Source of the DNA: Motiliproteus sp.
Lineage (GTDB): Bacteria > Pseudomonadota > Gammaproteobacteria > Pseudomonadales > Balneatricaceae
Length of the DNA: 64,000 bases
NCBI GenBank assembly: GCA_965230185.1
Contig: OZ245995.1
Coordinates: 1,849,583 to 1,913,582, forward strand
Reading direction: 5' to 3'
This document shows, in pieces, positions 53,770 to 62,851 of this stretch. The notes beneath the pieces were generated by a model. That model saw only the letters and a list, made by a program, of their open reading frames with translations. It was not told where the DNA came from and searched no databases. Position numbers and translations under genes: made by a program. Numbering within the stretch: the first letter of the stretch is position 1; each line of letters starts with the position of its first letter.

Positions 53770-54828
53770 GGCCTGCTCCGAGGGCGATTTCCGGGTGCTC
53801 GGGATAGTCATCTGTAGCGGTCGAAGCCCGCTGCTACAGTGGTGGGCGGAACCTGTAGCAGCCCGCTCCGAGGGCGATTTCCGGGTGTTCGGGATTGCCG
53901 CTTTGTCGCGGTCGGAACCCGCTGCTACGGTGGTGGGCAGGATCCTGTAGCAGCCCGCTCCGAGGGTGATTTCGGGGTGCTCTGGATTGCCGTCTATCGC
54001 GGTCAGAGCCCGCTGCTACAGTGGTGGGCGGATCCTGTAGCAGCCCGCTCCGAGGGCGATTTCCGGGTGCTCGGGATTGCCGTCTGTCGCGGTCGGAGCC
54101 CGCTGCTACGTTGGTGGGCAGGATCTGCAGCGGCCCGCTCTGAGGGCTATTTCCGGGTGCTCGGGATAGTCATCTGTCGCGGTCGGAGCCCGCTGCTACG
54201 GTGGTGGGTGGAACCTGTAGCAGCCTGCTCCGAGGGCGATTTCCGGGTGCTCGGGATTGCCGTCTGTCGCGGTCGGAGCCCGCTGCTACGGTGGTGGGCG
54301 GAATCTGTAGCAGCCTGCTCCGAGGGCGATTTCCGGGTGTTCGGGATTGCCGTCTGTCGCGGTTGGAGCCCGCTGCTACGGTGGTGGGCAGGATCTGTAG
54401 CGGCCTGCTCAGAGGGCGATTTCCGGGTGTTCGGGATTGTCGCTCTGTCGCGGTCGGAGCCCGCTGCTACGGTGGTGGGCGGATCCTGTAGCAGCCCGCT
54501 CCGAGGGCGATTTCGGGGTGCTCGGGATTGCCGTCTGTCGCGGTCTGAGCCCGCTGCTACGGTGGTGGGCGGATCCTGTAGCAGCCCGCTCCGAGGGCGA
54601 TTTCCGGGTGCTCGGGGTTGTCGTCTGTTACGGTCAGAGCCCGCTGATACGGTGGTGGGCAGGATCTGTAGCAATCCGCTCTGAGGGCGATTTCCGGGTG
54701 TTCGGGATTGTCGTCTGTCGCGGTCTGAGCCCGCTGCTAGGTGGGCGGATCCTGTAGCAGCCCGCTCCGAGGGCGATTTCGGGGTGCTCGGGATTGCCGT
54801 CTGTCGCGGTCTGAGCCCGCTGCTACAG
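53770..54828. repeat. Tandem array (~12 units of 90 bp) of a REP-like inverted-arm unit
   Basis: The arms are the same as in the 33.9-kb array (GTAGCAGCCCGCTCCGAGGGCGA / TCGCGGTCGGAGCCCGCTGCTAC). The loop (TTTCCGGGTGCTCGGGATTGCCGTCTG) and linker (GGTGGTGGGCGGATCCT) are different and locus-specific. Confidence 0.9.
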
Positions 54829-54856
54829 TTCGGGGCAGCCTGCACGGCTGGTTTCA

Positions 54857-55360
54857 ATGCCAAACGACAGGGCAGCGACTGCGAAGGCCAGTGTAATGAG
54901 TCACCGTTTCGGCAGTCATAATTGTATGGCGCAAGACTCTGTGTTCAAGCTCCCCGTATTGTTGAAACGACAACTGATCAGGCGTCGAAAGCTGTCCGTG
55001 CGACGCCTGTGGAGCAACCGCGGCAGCATGAGGAGCAAGTTTCCGGCAACTGTCAGCTGCCACCGGCTGCTGGCCGCAGAGTTGCGTTCGCTGTTGAAAG
55101 CCAGGGCGGGTCTCTGCGGTGTCTATTTCGATGGCTTCGCCCATTCAGAAGCGCTTAATCTGCCGGCGGCGATGGCTCGGGTTCGCCAGCGTCGTCGGGA
55201 TGCGATTCTGTTCTTTGACCGGCCTCAGGAGAGCCTGTTTCTGTTTCACAGCGGCGTGATCTGGATCTGCCACCGGAGCGAGCCATCTGCTCCGGCGTCC
55301 GTTAAGGAAGTCCGCAGACTGCGGGCGGAAGCTGCTGGCAAACAGGGCGGTCAGGCCTGA
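54857..55360 (+). CDS. Hypothetical protein (weak call)
   Basis: This 167-aa ORF is basic and has no recognisable motif. Its 3' end overlaps the convergent gene by 10 nt. Confidence 0.3.
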   Translation: MPNDRAATAKASVMSHRFGSHNCMAQDSVFKLPVLLKRQLIRRRKLSVRRLWSNRGSMRSKFPATVSCHRLLAAELRSLLKARAGLCGVYFDGFAHSEALNLPAAMARVRQRRRDAILFFDRPQESLFLFHSGVIWICHRSEPSAPASVKEVRRLRAEAAGKQGGQA

Positions 55361-56496
55361 GCGGCAGTGGCTGAGAATGCCTGTACGATGTCGGCCTGCA
55401 GATCCTCGGCGTCTTCTATCCCCACCGACAGACGCAGTACGCCGTCGCTGATACCGATGGCCTGTCGCTGTTCCGCTGTCATCTTGACGTGGGAAGTCGT
55501 GGCCGGCGAACAGATCGAGCTTTCCACGCCACCCAGACTCAGTGCCGGACTGATCATCTTCAGATTGCGCATAAAGGCGGTGGGATCGATACCCTCATCC
55601 AGTTCAAAGGCCATCATCGCGCCAAAGCCCTGCATCTGCCGGCAGGCGATCTGATGATCCGGATGGGAAACGAGGCCGGGATAAAACACCCTGCGGATCC
55701 CCTCCAGGGATTCCATAAAGGCTGCCAGCCGGACGGCGTTGTCGGACTGGCGCTCGACCCGCAGACTCAGGGTCTTGAGGCTGCGTTCCAGCAGACAGCA
55801 ACTCTGAGCATCGAGGCTGCCGCCGAAATTAATGGCGCTGCCATGCAGCCGCTCAATCAGCTCCCGACTGGCCATCGCGGCGCCGCAGCAGAGATCGCTG
55901 TGACCTGAAAGATATTTGGTGCCGCTGTGAACGACGATATCAACGCCGAGGGCGATGGGGTTCTGATTGATTGGTGAGGCGAAGGTGTTGTCGACAATGG
56001 TGGTGATACCGCGCCGGCGGGCCACATCGGTGACCCGTTCAATATCCACCACCGTCAGCAGCGGATTGGTGGGGGATTCCAGATAGATGACCCGGGTGTT
56101 ATCGGTAATGGCCTCGATAATGGCATCGGCCCGGGTCGGCGTCAGGCTGTATTCAATCCCCTGGCGTTCGAACTCCCTGACCACCAAATTGAAGGTGCCG
56201 CCGTAGAGCTCATCCTGCAGCACGATATGGTCGCCGGCCTGCAGCTGTGAGAACAGGGCCGTGGAGATCGCCGCCATGCCGGAGCCGAATACCATCGCCG
56301 CTTCGGCGCCTTCCAGCGCCGCCAGCTTGGCTGAGACGGCATCCTGATTGGGGGTGTTGAAGTAGCGGGGGTAGGGCTGGCGCTCGTTATCCAGGTAGTT
56401 GTAGGCCGAAGAGGTGAATACCGGGGTGTTGAGACCGGCGGTAATCGGATCCCGATAACCACCGCCGTGCACGCAGAGCGAGTTCTTTTTCATCAT
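55351..56496 (-). CDS. PLP-dependent Cys/Met metabolism enzyme (cystathionine gamma-synthase/beta-lyase family)
   Basis: The product is about 381 aa from ATG 56496 (AAGGAA Shine-Dalgarno site). It has the PLP-Lys context HSGTKYLSGHSD and an ESPTNPLL motif. Confidence 0.85.
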   Translation of the reverse strand: MMKKNSLCVHGGGYRDPITAGLNTPVFTSSAYNYLDNERQPYPRYFNTPNQDAVSAKLAALEGAEAAMVFGSGMAAISTALFSQLQAGDHIVLQDELYGGTFNLVVREFERQGIEYSLTPTRADAIIEAITDNTRVIYLESPTNPLLTVVDIERVTDVARRRGITTIVDNTFASPINQNPIALGVDIVVHSGTKYLSGHSDLCCGAAMASRELIERLHGSAINFGGSLDAQSCCLLERSLKTLSLRVERQSDNAVRLAAFMESLEGIRRVFYPGLVSHPDHQIACRQMQGFGAMMAFELDEGIDPTAFMRNLKMISPALSLGGVESSICSPATTSHVKMTAEQRQAIGISDGVLRLSVGIEDAEDLQADIVQAFSATAAQA

Positions 56497-56684
56497 AGAG
56501 GTTCCTTGTTCGCAGGCTTTCGAGTATGCGCTGAAAGCCGGTCGATATTCAAAGCTTTCGGCTCTGGTTGCAGAGGCTGACAAAAAAGCACCGGAAAACG
56601 CCGGCAGGAGACAATAATCTGAACCCTTACGGCTGCCGTTGCCACTACCTGAGTATCTCCCGGCTATGCAGAAGGAATCGAGTC

Positions 56685-56951
56685 ATGAAAACTCCGTTTG
56701 AAGTGCAGTATGTGGTTACCGATCAGCGCGATCTGGTGGTCGAGTCTGCCGCCTGTTATGAGTTTCGGGTGATCGACAGTCGCAGTGGTCAGCTGCTGAT
56801 GAGCTTCTGCGGTGAAGACCGGGGCAGCTGCAGTGGCTGGTGTTCCAGTGGTGTCGTCAACTGCAAGCTGGACGAGGAACTGGGCCTGGTACTGACTATT
56901 GACAGCGAAGGTCGGGTTCGGGAGTATTCACTGCCGACGATCCTGCACTGA
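56685..56951 (+). CDS. Small hypothetical protein (88 aa)
   Basis: The ATG has an AAGGA Shine-Dalgarno site. No family was recognised. Confidence 0.4.
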   Translation: MKTPFEVQYVVTDQRDLVVESAACYEFRVIDSRSGQLLMSFCGEDRGSCSGWCSSGVVNCKLDEELGLVLTIDSEGRVREYSLPTILH

Positions 56952-57003
56952 CCGGCAGGATCAGTTGTTGACTGACGGTAACAGGTTTCCCGGCCATCAG
57001 TAC

Positions 57004-57360
57004 TCAACCCTGAGCCGGCGGGAGTTTGACCCGCTGCCAGCCACGAGCCTCCATGCAGACTCGGAAATAACGACGGTGCAGATCGTGGTAACTGTGATGG
57101 GGATAGAAGTCATCGTGGTACGCCAGACCGGAGCGCAGGGCGGCGGGACGGTGGTTAAGGTGCACGGCGCCAAAGAAGCGGGTGTCACTTTCTGAGGCAT
57201 GTCTGGATGCCAGCTTGTTGCACTCCTGCTGATGTTGCTGCAGGCCGGCGGTATCCTCAATGTGCGGATGAACCCACTGATATTTACTGAGACTGCAACC
57301 GCTCAGCACGATTGCCAGCGACGCCAGCAGTGCCGTGCCGACGGTTCTGAACTGCTTCAT
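57004..57360 (-). CDS. Putative lipoprotein (118 aa)
   Basis: From ATG 57360 the product begins MKQFRTVGTALLASLAIVLSGC, which includes an LSGC lipobox. Confidence 0.6.
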   Translation of the reverse strand: MKQFRTVGTALLASLAIVLSGCSLSKYQWVHPHIEDTAGLQQHQQECNKLASRHASESDTRFFGAVHLNHRPAALRSGLAYHDDFYPHHSYHDLHRRYFRVCMEARGWQRVKLPPAQG

Positions 57361-57628
57361 AACCCGCTCCCGACCGGTGGTGATGCCGGTCTTCTGTCTG
57401 TTGGCTCCGGGACCAGTCGGCAGGCAGGTGGCGGGTAATCCTCCCCGCTCAGATGCCGGCTGTTGCAGAGCCATATAGAAGCAGACAGTGGTTGCAGCCA
57501 CTCTGTTCCCCGGCTGCTGATGGGATGATCCGACGCCTGTGGTTGTTCCGTACGAGTGATTCCGCCGGGATGCAACTAAGCTGAATTCAGATCCTCAGCA
57601 AAAAAACAGGATAACACCGGTCCCGCCG

Positions 57629-59368
57629 ATGATTGCACGCATTCGTCAGAGTCTGTTGCTGAAACTACTGCTGCCGCTGGTGGTGACAGGTCTGCTCGGA
57701 CTGTTGTTTCTGGCGACCTGGATCCCCGTCGTTATCGAAGAGGCCGCTATCCGGTCGGCGGTAGTCTCCGCCCGCAGTACCGCCGATCAGTATAAGGAGC
57801 TGCGTCGTTACTATACCGAGCAGGTGGTGGCCCGGGTCAGCAGGCACAGTGAGATGACCGTTGATCATCGCCACCGGTCGATTGAAGCCAGCATTCCGCT
57901 GCCGGCAACGCTGATCCATGATCTCAGTGAGCAGCTCGGCCATCGGGGTATTGCGGAGATTCGGCTGTACAGCGGCTATCCCTTTCCGAATCGCGCTGAT
58001 CGGCAACTGGATGATTTCGGACGTCGGGCGTGGCGGCAGCTGAGTCGGGATCCTCAGGGGGTGCTGACCGAAACGGTCATTGATAACGGGCCGACCCATG
58101 TCAGAGTAGCCATCCCCGATACCATGGCAGTGGCCACCTGCGTCAACTGTCACAACTATCATCCTGAAAGTCCCAAGACCGACTGGCAGCTCAACGATGT
58201 GCGCGGCATTCTGGAGGTCAGCGTACCGGTCACCGAACAGCTCCTGGCGGGTCGTAAGCTGAGTGGGACCCTGGTGGGGGTGATGAGCCTGTTGCTGGTA
58301 TTACTGGTGATCGGGGTACTGATCTACTACCTGCGCTTCAGCCAGCGTCTGCAGGTGTTGAACCGGACGTCGGCTGCGGTGGCCCGGGGCGATCTGGAGA
58401 GTCGCGCCGAGATTGCCGGCAGCGATGAGCTGAGTCAGTTTGCCGGCAGTTATAACGAGATGCTGGACAAGCTGGCCAGCACCCGTCTGAGCCTGCTGGA
58501 GAGTCAGTTTCAGTTGCAGGCCGCCAACGATGAACTGAAGGATTTTAACCGGACCCTGGAACAGCAGGTGGAGGAGCGTACCCACTCGATTCGTGAGATG
58601 CTGGCGTCACTGACCCGGGCTCGGGACGATCTGATGGAAGCTGAAAAAATGGCGTCTCTGGGAAATCTGGTGGCGGGGCTGACCCATGAGGTCAACACGC
58701 CGATCGGGATCTGTGTCACCGCCGTCTCCTCGCTGGAACAGCAGACCCGGGAGTTGCTGGATCGGCTTCAGCGACAGGCCCTGCGGCGTCAGGATCTGGA
58801 TGAGTATCTGGCTTTCAGCGGCGAGGGGCTGGCTATTATCAGCCAGAACATCGCCAGAGCCGCAGAGCTGATCCGCAGTTTTAAACTGGTTGCTGTGGAT
58901 CAGAGCGATGAGGTCAGTCGTTCATTCAATCTCCGCGATTATCTGCAGGAGATTCTGCGGGCGCTGACACCGAAACTGAAGTCGTCAGCGGTGGAGGTAC
59001 GGCTGGACTGTCCGGATGATCTGCTGATCGACAGCTATCCCAGCGCTTTCTACCAGATCATTTCCAATCTGGTGATCAATGCCATCCGACACGGTTTTGC
59101 CGGTCGCAGCGATAACTGTATCCGGATCAGTGTGTCGCAACAGGGGACCAAGCTGACTCTGATCTGTGAAGATAACGGCAGCGGAGTCGATGAGCGGTTA
59201 CTGCCACGACTGTTCGAAGCCTTTGTTACGTCAAAGCGCGACGATGGCGGCTCCGGAATCGGTCTGCACATTGTCCACTCTCTGGTAACGGAAAAGCTGG
59301 GTGGTGAAATCCACTGTGACAGCCGGCCCGGTTGTACCCGCTTTATCATGCGGTTACCGCTGGCCTGA
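57629..59368 (+). CDS. Sensor histidine kinase with a DUF3365-type (CxxCH-containing) sensor domain and HAMP
   Basis: This 579-aa ORF has the CVNCH motif followed by WQLNDVRGILEVSVP. It also has a TM-HAMP region, the H-box GLTHEVNTPI and an ATPase G-box (GGSGIGLHIV). Confidence 0.85.
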   Translation: MIARIRQSLLLKLLLPLVVTGLLGLLFLATWIPVVIEEAAIRSAVVSARSTADQYKELRRYYTEQVVARVSRHSEMTVDHRHRSIEASIPLPATLIHDLSEQLGHRGIAEIRLYSGYPFPNRADRQLDDFGRRAWRQLSRDPQGVLTETVIDNGPTHVRVAIPDTMAVATCVNCHNYHPESPKTDWQLNDVRGILEVSVPVTEQLLAGRKLSGTLVGVMSLLLVLLVIGVLIYYLRFSQRLQVLNRTSAAVARGDLESRAEIAGSDELSQFAGSYNEMLDKLASTRLSLLESQFQLQAANDELKDFNRTLEQQVEERTHSIREMLASLTRARDDLMEAEKMASLGNLVAGLTHEVNTPIGICVTAVSSLEQQTRELLDRLQRQALRRQDLDEYLAFSGEGLAIISQNIARAAELIRSFKLVAVDQSDEVSRSFNLRDYLQEILRALTPKLKSSAVEVRLDCPDDLLIDSYPSAFYQIISNLVINAIRHGFAGRSDNCIRISVSQQGTKLTLICEDNGSGVDERLLPRLFEAFVTSKRDDGGSGIGLHIVHSLVTEKLGGEIHCDSRPGCTRFIMRLPLA

Positions 59369-59800
59369 CCCCGACCTCTCTGGTCTGCTCCGTTATTGCC
59401 GATCCGGCCTCTGCTCAGGCAGCCGAGCTGTCTGTGCTGAGCTCCCGAAAGCTGTTGAGATCGGTCGAACAGGGCTGTTCCGGGAGTAGTTCCGTCAGTA
59501 ATCTGATCCACAGCTTCTGTGGATAACTCTGTTAGTTCTTTATGGGTAACGGGCTCCGGGCCCCGTGTTTTCACCACTTTCTGCAAAGCGTTCAAAAAAT
59601 AAACTGTCGACAATTAAAGTTCTTTAAAAACATGATGATAGGATTTTCAAGCGATTTTTATAAGAAATAATCGTTGATCTGAAAGCGACGAAGTGGCAGC
59701 GGGAGCGGACCTTGACGGAGGTGTGAATAAGTTTGTTGCTGCAGAGAAATGTCAAGAGTATTGCAGAAAAAAATCAGGATCAGCTGGAACTTTTCCGTTT

Positions 59801-61270
59801 TTATGCTTGTGGCCACTGTAACAGTACTTTCAGGCCCTGTTCGTTGCTCAGGCTGAGGCGTACATGATGGTAGTCGCAGATCGCCGCAACGAAGGTGAGG
59901 CCGAGTCCGTAGCCGGGCTGCTGCTTGTCCCGTTCCAGACGAAAAAAACGTGAAAGTACCTGCTGCTGAAAAGGGGTGGGGATTCCGGGGCCATTGTCGC
60001 TGATGCTGAGTTGCAGCGGGGATAGCTGCTCCACTCGAATCCCGATTCGAACCGGAGTCGGGCAGTACTTGAGACTGTTATCCAGCAGGTTGCTGAAACA
60101 CTGGAACCAGAGATTACTGTCTCCGCGAACCGGTAACGGATGCGTGGGCAGGGTGGTGATCAGCTCGCCGCCCTTTTCCTCCAGCAGTGGCTGGTAAAGC
60201 TCGGTAAGATCGCCGAGCAGATTCCGCAGATCGAACTCGGAGTCCGTGCCGGCGAGCGCTCCGCTTTCGATCCGGGAGATTCGCAGCAGGGTGTTGAAGG
60301 TGGCCAGCACCCGCTCGACCTCGGCGCTGGCCTGCTGCTGGTGGCGAAGGGAGTCGGGGTGCTCGCACAGCTGCTGAATCTGTTCGTGAAGGCGGGTCAG
60401 CGGGGTTCGAAGTTCATGGGCTATCTGATCTGATACCCGTCTGACATCCTCCAGCAGTACTTCGATCCGGTCCAGCATACGATTGATGCTGGCCGCCAGA
60501 CGGTCATATTCGTCACCATCCTCCCGGCAGGCGATACGCAATTGCAGGGAGCCGGTTTCGATGGCCGAACAGGTGCTGTTGATAGCGTCGATACGTCGCA
60601 GCGCTCGGCGGGTGATGGCGATACTGACCGCTGCCGACAGCAGCAACATCAGCGCCCAGCTGGCCTGAAGCACGGTTTCCAGCAGGGCGATCAGCTCTTT
60701 CAGGTAACCGATGTCCCTGCCCAGCCACAGGGTGCGGCCGTCGCTGAGTTCGGTGGCCAGCGCGTAATAGGTGGTCTCTTCGCCATCCGTGCTCGCTTGG
60801 TACTCGCCGTCAGCTTCATTAAGGTGGTTATCATCTCCAGACTCCGCCGGATGGTCATCGTCGGTTTGCTGTCGCCAGCTCTCCGGATAGGGGGCTTCGG
60901 CCCAGCCGAAGGAGGGGGCCGGAGCGGTCAGGGTGATCAGTCCGGAACTGTCGCGGTCGGTGATCTGGAAGCGTTCGACACTGGCGTAGAGCACCTGACG
61001 ATCGGCGGAAAACAGAATAAACAGATCGTCTTCCTGCCTGAGCAGCTCGATCAGCTGGTTGTTGTTCAGTGGTTGTTCGGCAATCCAGTCACCGGCCATC
61101 GCTGTTTCCAACTCAAGCTGTTCGATGGTGTCCGATTCCATCAGGTCACGGGTGACGAGATAGATGCCCGCCAGCAGCACTCCCACCAGCAACCACAGCA
61201 GGGTCAGGGAGAAGAAGGTCAGTCGGAAGCTGGTGGTTGAGAATATGCGCTTAAGGCCGGCGAAGGACAT
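59801..61270 (-). CDS. Two-component sensor histidine kinase (periplasmic sensor, HAMP, HisKA, HATPase)
   Basis: This 489-aa ORF has the H-box IAHELRTPLTRL, the N-box NLLDNSLKY and the G-boxes DNGPGIP and GYGLGLTFV. It overlaps the regulator gene by 20 nt. Confidence 0.9.
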   Translation of the reverse strand: MSFAGLKRIFSTTSFRLTFFSLTLLWLLVGVLLAGIYLVTRDLMESDTIEQLELETAMAGDWIAEQPLNNNQLIELLRQEDDLFILFSADRQVLYASVERFQITDRDSSGLITLTAPAPSFGWAEAPYPESWRQQTDDDHPAESGDDNHLNEADGEYQASTDGEETTYYALATELSDGRTLWLGRDIGYLKELIALLETVLQASWALMLLLSAAVSIAITRRALRRIDAINSTCSAIETGSLQLRIACREDGDEYDRLAASINRMLDRIEVLLEDVRRVSDQIAHELRTPLTRLHEQIQQLCEHPDSLRHQQQASAEVERVLATFNTLLRISRIESGALAGTDSEFDLRNLLGDLTELYQPLLEEKGGELITTLPTHPLPVRGDSNLWFQCFSNLLDNSLKYCPTPVRIGIRVEQLSPLQLSISDNGPGIPTPFQQQVLSRFFRLERDKQQPGYGLGLTFVAAICDYHHVRLSLSNEQGLKVLLQWPQA

Positions 61271-61925
61271 AGCCCACTCCCCGGACGGTATGGATCAGCG
61301 GCGGCTCGAAGCCTTTATCAATCTTGCTGCGCAGGCGACTGACATGGACGTCGATAACGCTGGTCTGGGGATCGAAATGGTAGTCCCAGACTTTCTCAAG
61401 CAGCATGGTCCGGGTTACCACCTGGTCGAGGTGGCGGGCCAGGTAGGCCAGCAGCCGGAACTCCCTGGGTTGCAGGCTGATCTTCTGTCCGGCCCGTTCC
61501 ACCTGGCGGCTGATCAGATTGATGCTGAGGTCGGCTACCTGAATCTCTGTGGCGGCTTCTTTCGGACGACCGCGCCGGGACAGGGCCTGCAGTCGTGCTT
61601 CCAGCTCGGAAAAAGCGAAGGGTTTGCAGAGATAGTCATCGGCACCGGCCTGCAGCCCCTCCACCCGGTGATCGACATCGCCCAGGGCGGTCAGCACGAT
61701 CACAGGCGTCTCCACCCGGGCGCCCCGCAACGAGCGGATCAGAGTCAGGCCATCGATACTGGGCAGCATACGGTCGATGATCATAGCGTCGTAATCGACT
61801 TCCAGTCCCTGCACCAGTGCTTCGGAGCCATTTTCCAGCCAGTCGACGCTGTGACCGCTCTGACTGAGGCCGCTGCGCAGGTAACCGGCGACCTGATGAT
61901 CATCTTCAACCAGTAGCAGTTTCAT
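61251..61925 (-). CDS. OmpR/PhoB family response regulator
   Basis: This 224-aa ORF has a receiver domain (LLLVEDD...IIDRMLP...KPF) and a wHTH (LQPREFRLLAYL...VHTVRGVGYVL). Confidence 0.9.
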   Translation of the reverse strand: MKLLLVEDDHQVAGYLRSGLSQSGHSVDWLENGSEALVQGLEVDYDAMIIDRMLPSIDGLTLIRSLRGARVETPVIVLTALGDVDHRVEGLQAGADDYLCKPFAFSELEARLQALSRRGRPKEAATEIQVADLSINLISRQVERAGQKISLQPREFRLLAYLARHLDQVVTRTMLLEKVWDYHFDPQTSVIDVHVSRLRSKIDKGFEPPLIHTVRGVGYVLRRP

Positions 61926-62185
61926 GACCGGTCATCTGTCGCAATGTTCATACCTCCGGATTGGAACAGTCGGTGCTGTCCGGTGAGCCGTCTCTCTGTG
62001 CGGTCGGGACCAGCAGCCGGGGGCTGTCGGATCAGTATATCTGAAGCGCGGCTGAAGTTTCTTACCAATCCGTAAGGTTCCATTAAGCCGGAGGTAAAAC
62101 CTGTTGCCGCAGACTGCAACTGATGACTTCTGCTTTTCAGAAGGCAGGAGAGATATCGGAAAACACCGGAACATGGAGATCGACG

Positions 62186-62764
62186 ATGAACAGGAAACTG
62201 ATTGCACTGATGGTTGCAGGAGTGATGGGAGTCAGTGGTTATGCGCTGGCGCAACAGCAAGGCGATGCCAGGGGCGCTGCTACGGCAGCGGAAAGCGGGG
62301 CAGTTACGAAGATGCTGAGCTCCCGGAGCGCTTTACCGCCTTTGACGGAATTCCGGTATGCCGGCTTCCGGTACGCGGACAGTGCCGCGCCCCGGCACCG
62401 TCCTTATGAGCAGGGCAGCGAGAAGGAGGAGTACGCGGACTGTGTGGAATACGAGGAGTATGAAGATGACCTGGCTGTCGGGATTGAGTCGGTCCTGACG
62501 CTGCAGTCGCTGCTCAGATTTGATACTCAGCAGCAGGCCCGGGTGAGCGCTATTGAAGCGTCGCTGAAGGCGATTGAGGCGTTGGACGGATTGTTTGCAG
62601 AAAACGGGGAAGCGGGTGTCAGCGTCCGTCTGGAGCGGGAAATCGGTGCTGTAGAAGTGATGCTCGAGGAGATGAGGAACATCGAGCGGGAGTGGCAGCT
62701 GCTGGCCGGCAGCCTGACGCCGGAACAGAAATCCCGGGTCAAGCAGCTTAAGATCAGGCTCTGA
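62186..62764 (+). CDS. Periplasmic LTxxQ-motif protein (Spy/CpxP/ZraP-like)
   Basis: From ATG 62186 (GGAGA Shine-Dalgarno site) the product has the signal peptide MNRKLIALMVAGVMGVSGYALA. It is a helical protein with SLTPEQKSRVKQL. The gene is divergent from the regulator/kinase pair. Confidence 0.6.
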   Translation: MNRKLIALMVAGVMGVSGYALAQQQGDARGAATAAESGAVTKMLSSRSALPPLTEFRYAGFRYADSAAPRHRPYEQGSEKEEYADCVEYEEYEDDLAVGIESVLTLQSLLRFDTQQQARVSAIEASLKAIEALDGLFAENGEAGVSVRLEREIGAVEVMLEEMRNIEREWQLLAGSLTPEQKSRVKQLKIRL

Positions 62765-62851
62765 TCGGAGAAGCCGTTTGCCAACCGCGATGCTTGATCC
62801 GGCGGGGACGGATCGAGCACTATAGAGGATCTGGAGCCGGGGTGGAGCCGA

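Noticed and set aside
53770-54828. Possible CRISPR array (regular ~90-bp periodicity with a palindromic repeat).
   Set aside because: The entire 90-bp unit, including the would-be spacer, is conserved from unit to unit. There are no unique spacers, no cas genes and no leader. It is a tandem REP-like repeat. The same reasoning applies to 33894-34408.
53839-54863. Long ORFs through the repeat array (281 aa on the plus strand, 238 aa on the minus strand, and others).
   Set aside because: They exist only because a GC-rich 90-bp unit (30 codons) lacks stop codons. The reading frame switches relative to the repeat unit where units slip by 1 nt. Both strands are open, and there is no start context or recognisable protein features.
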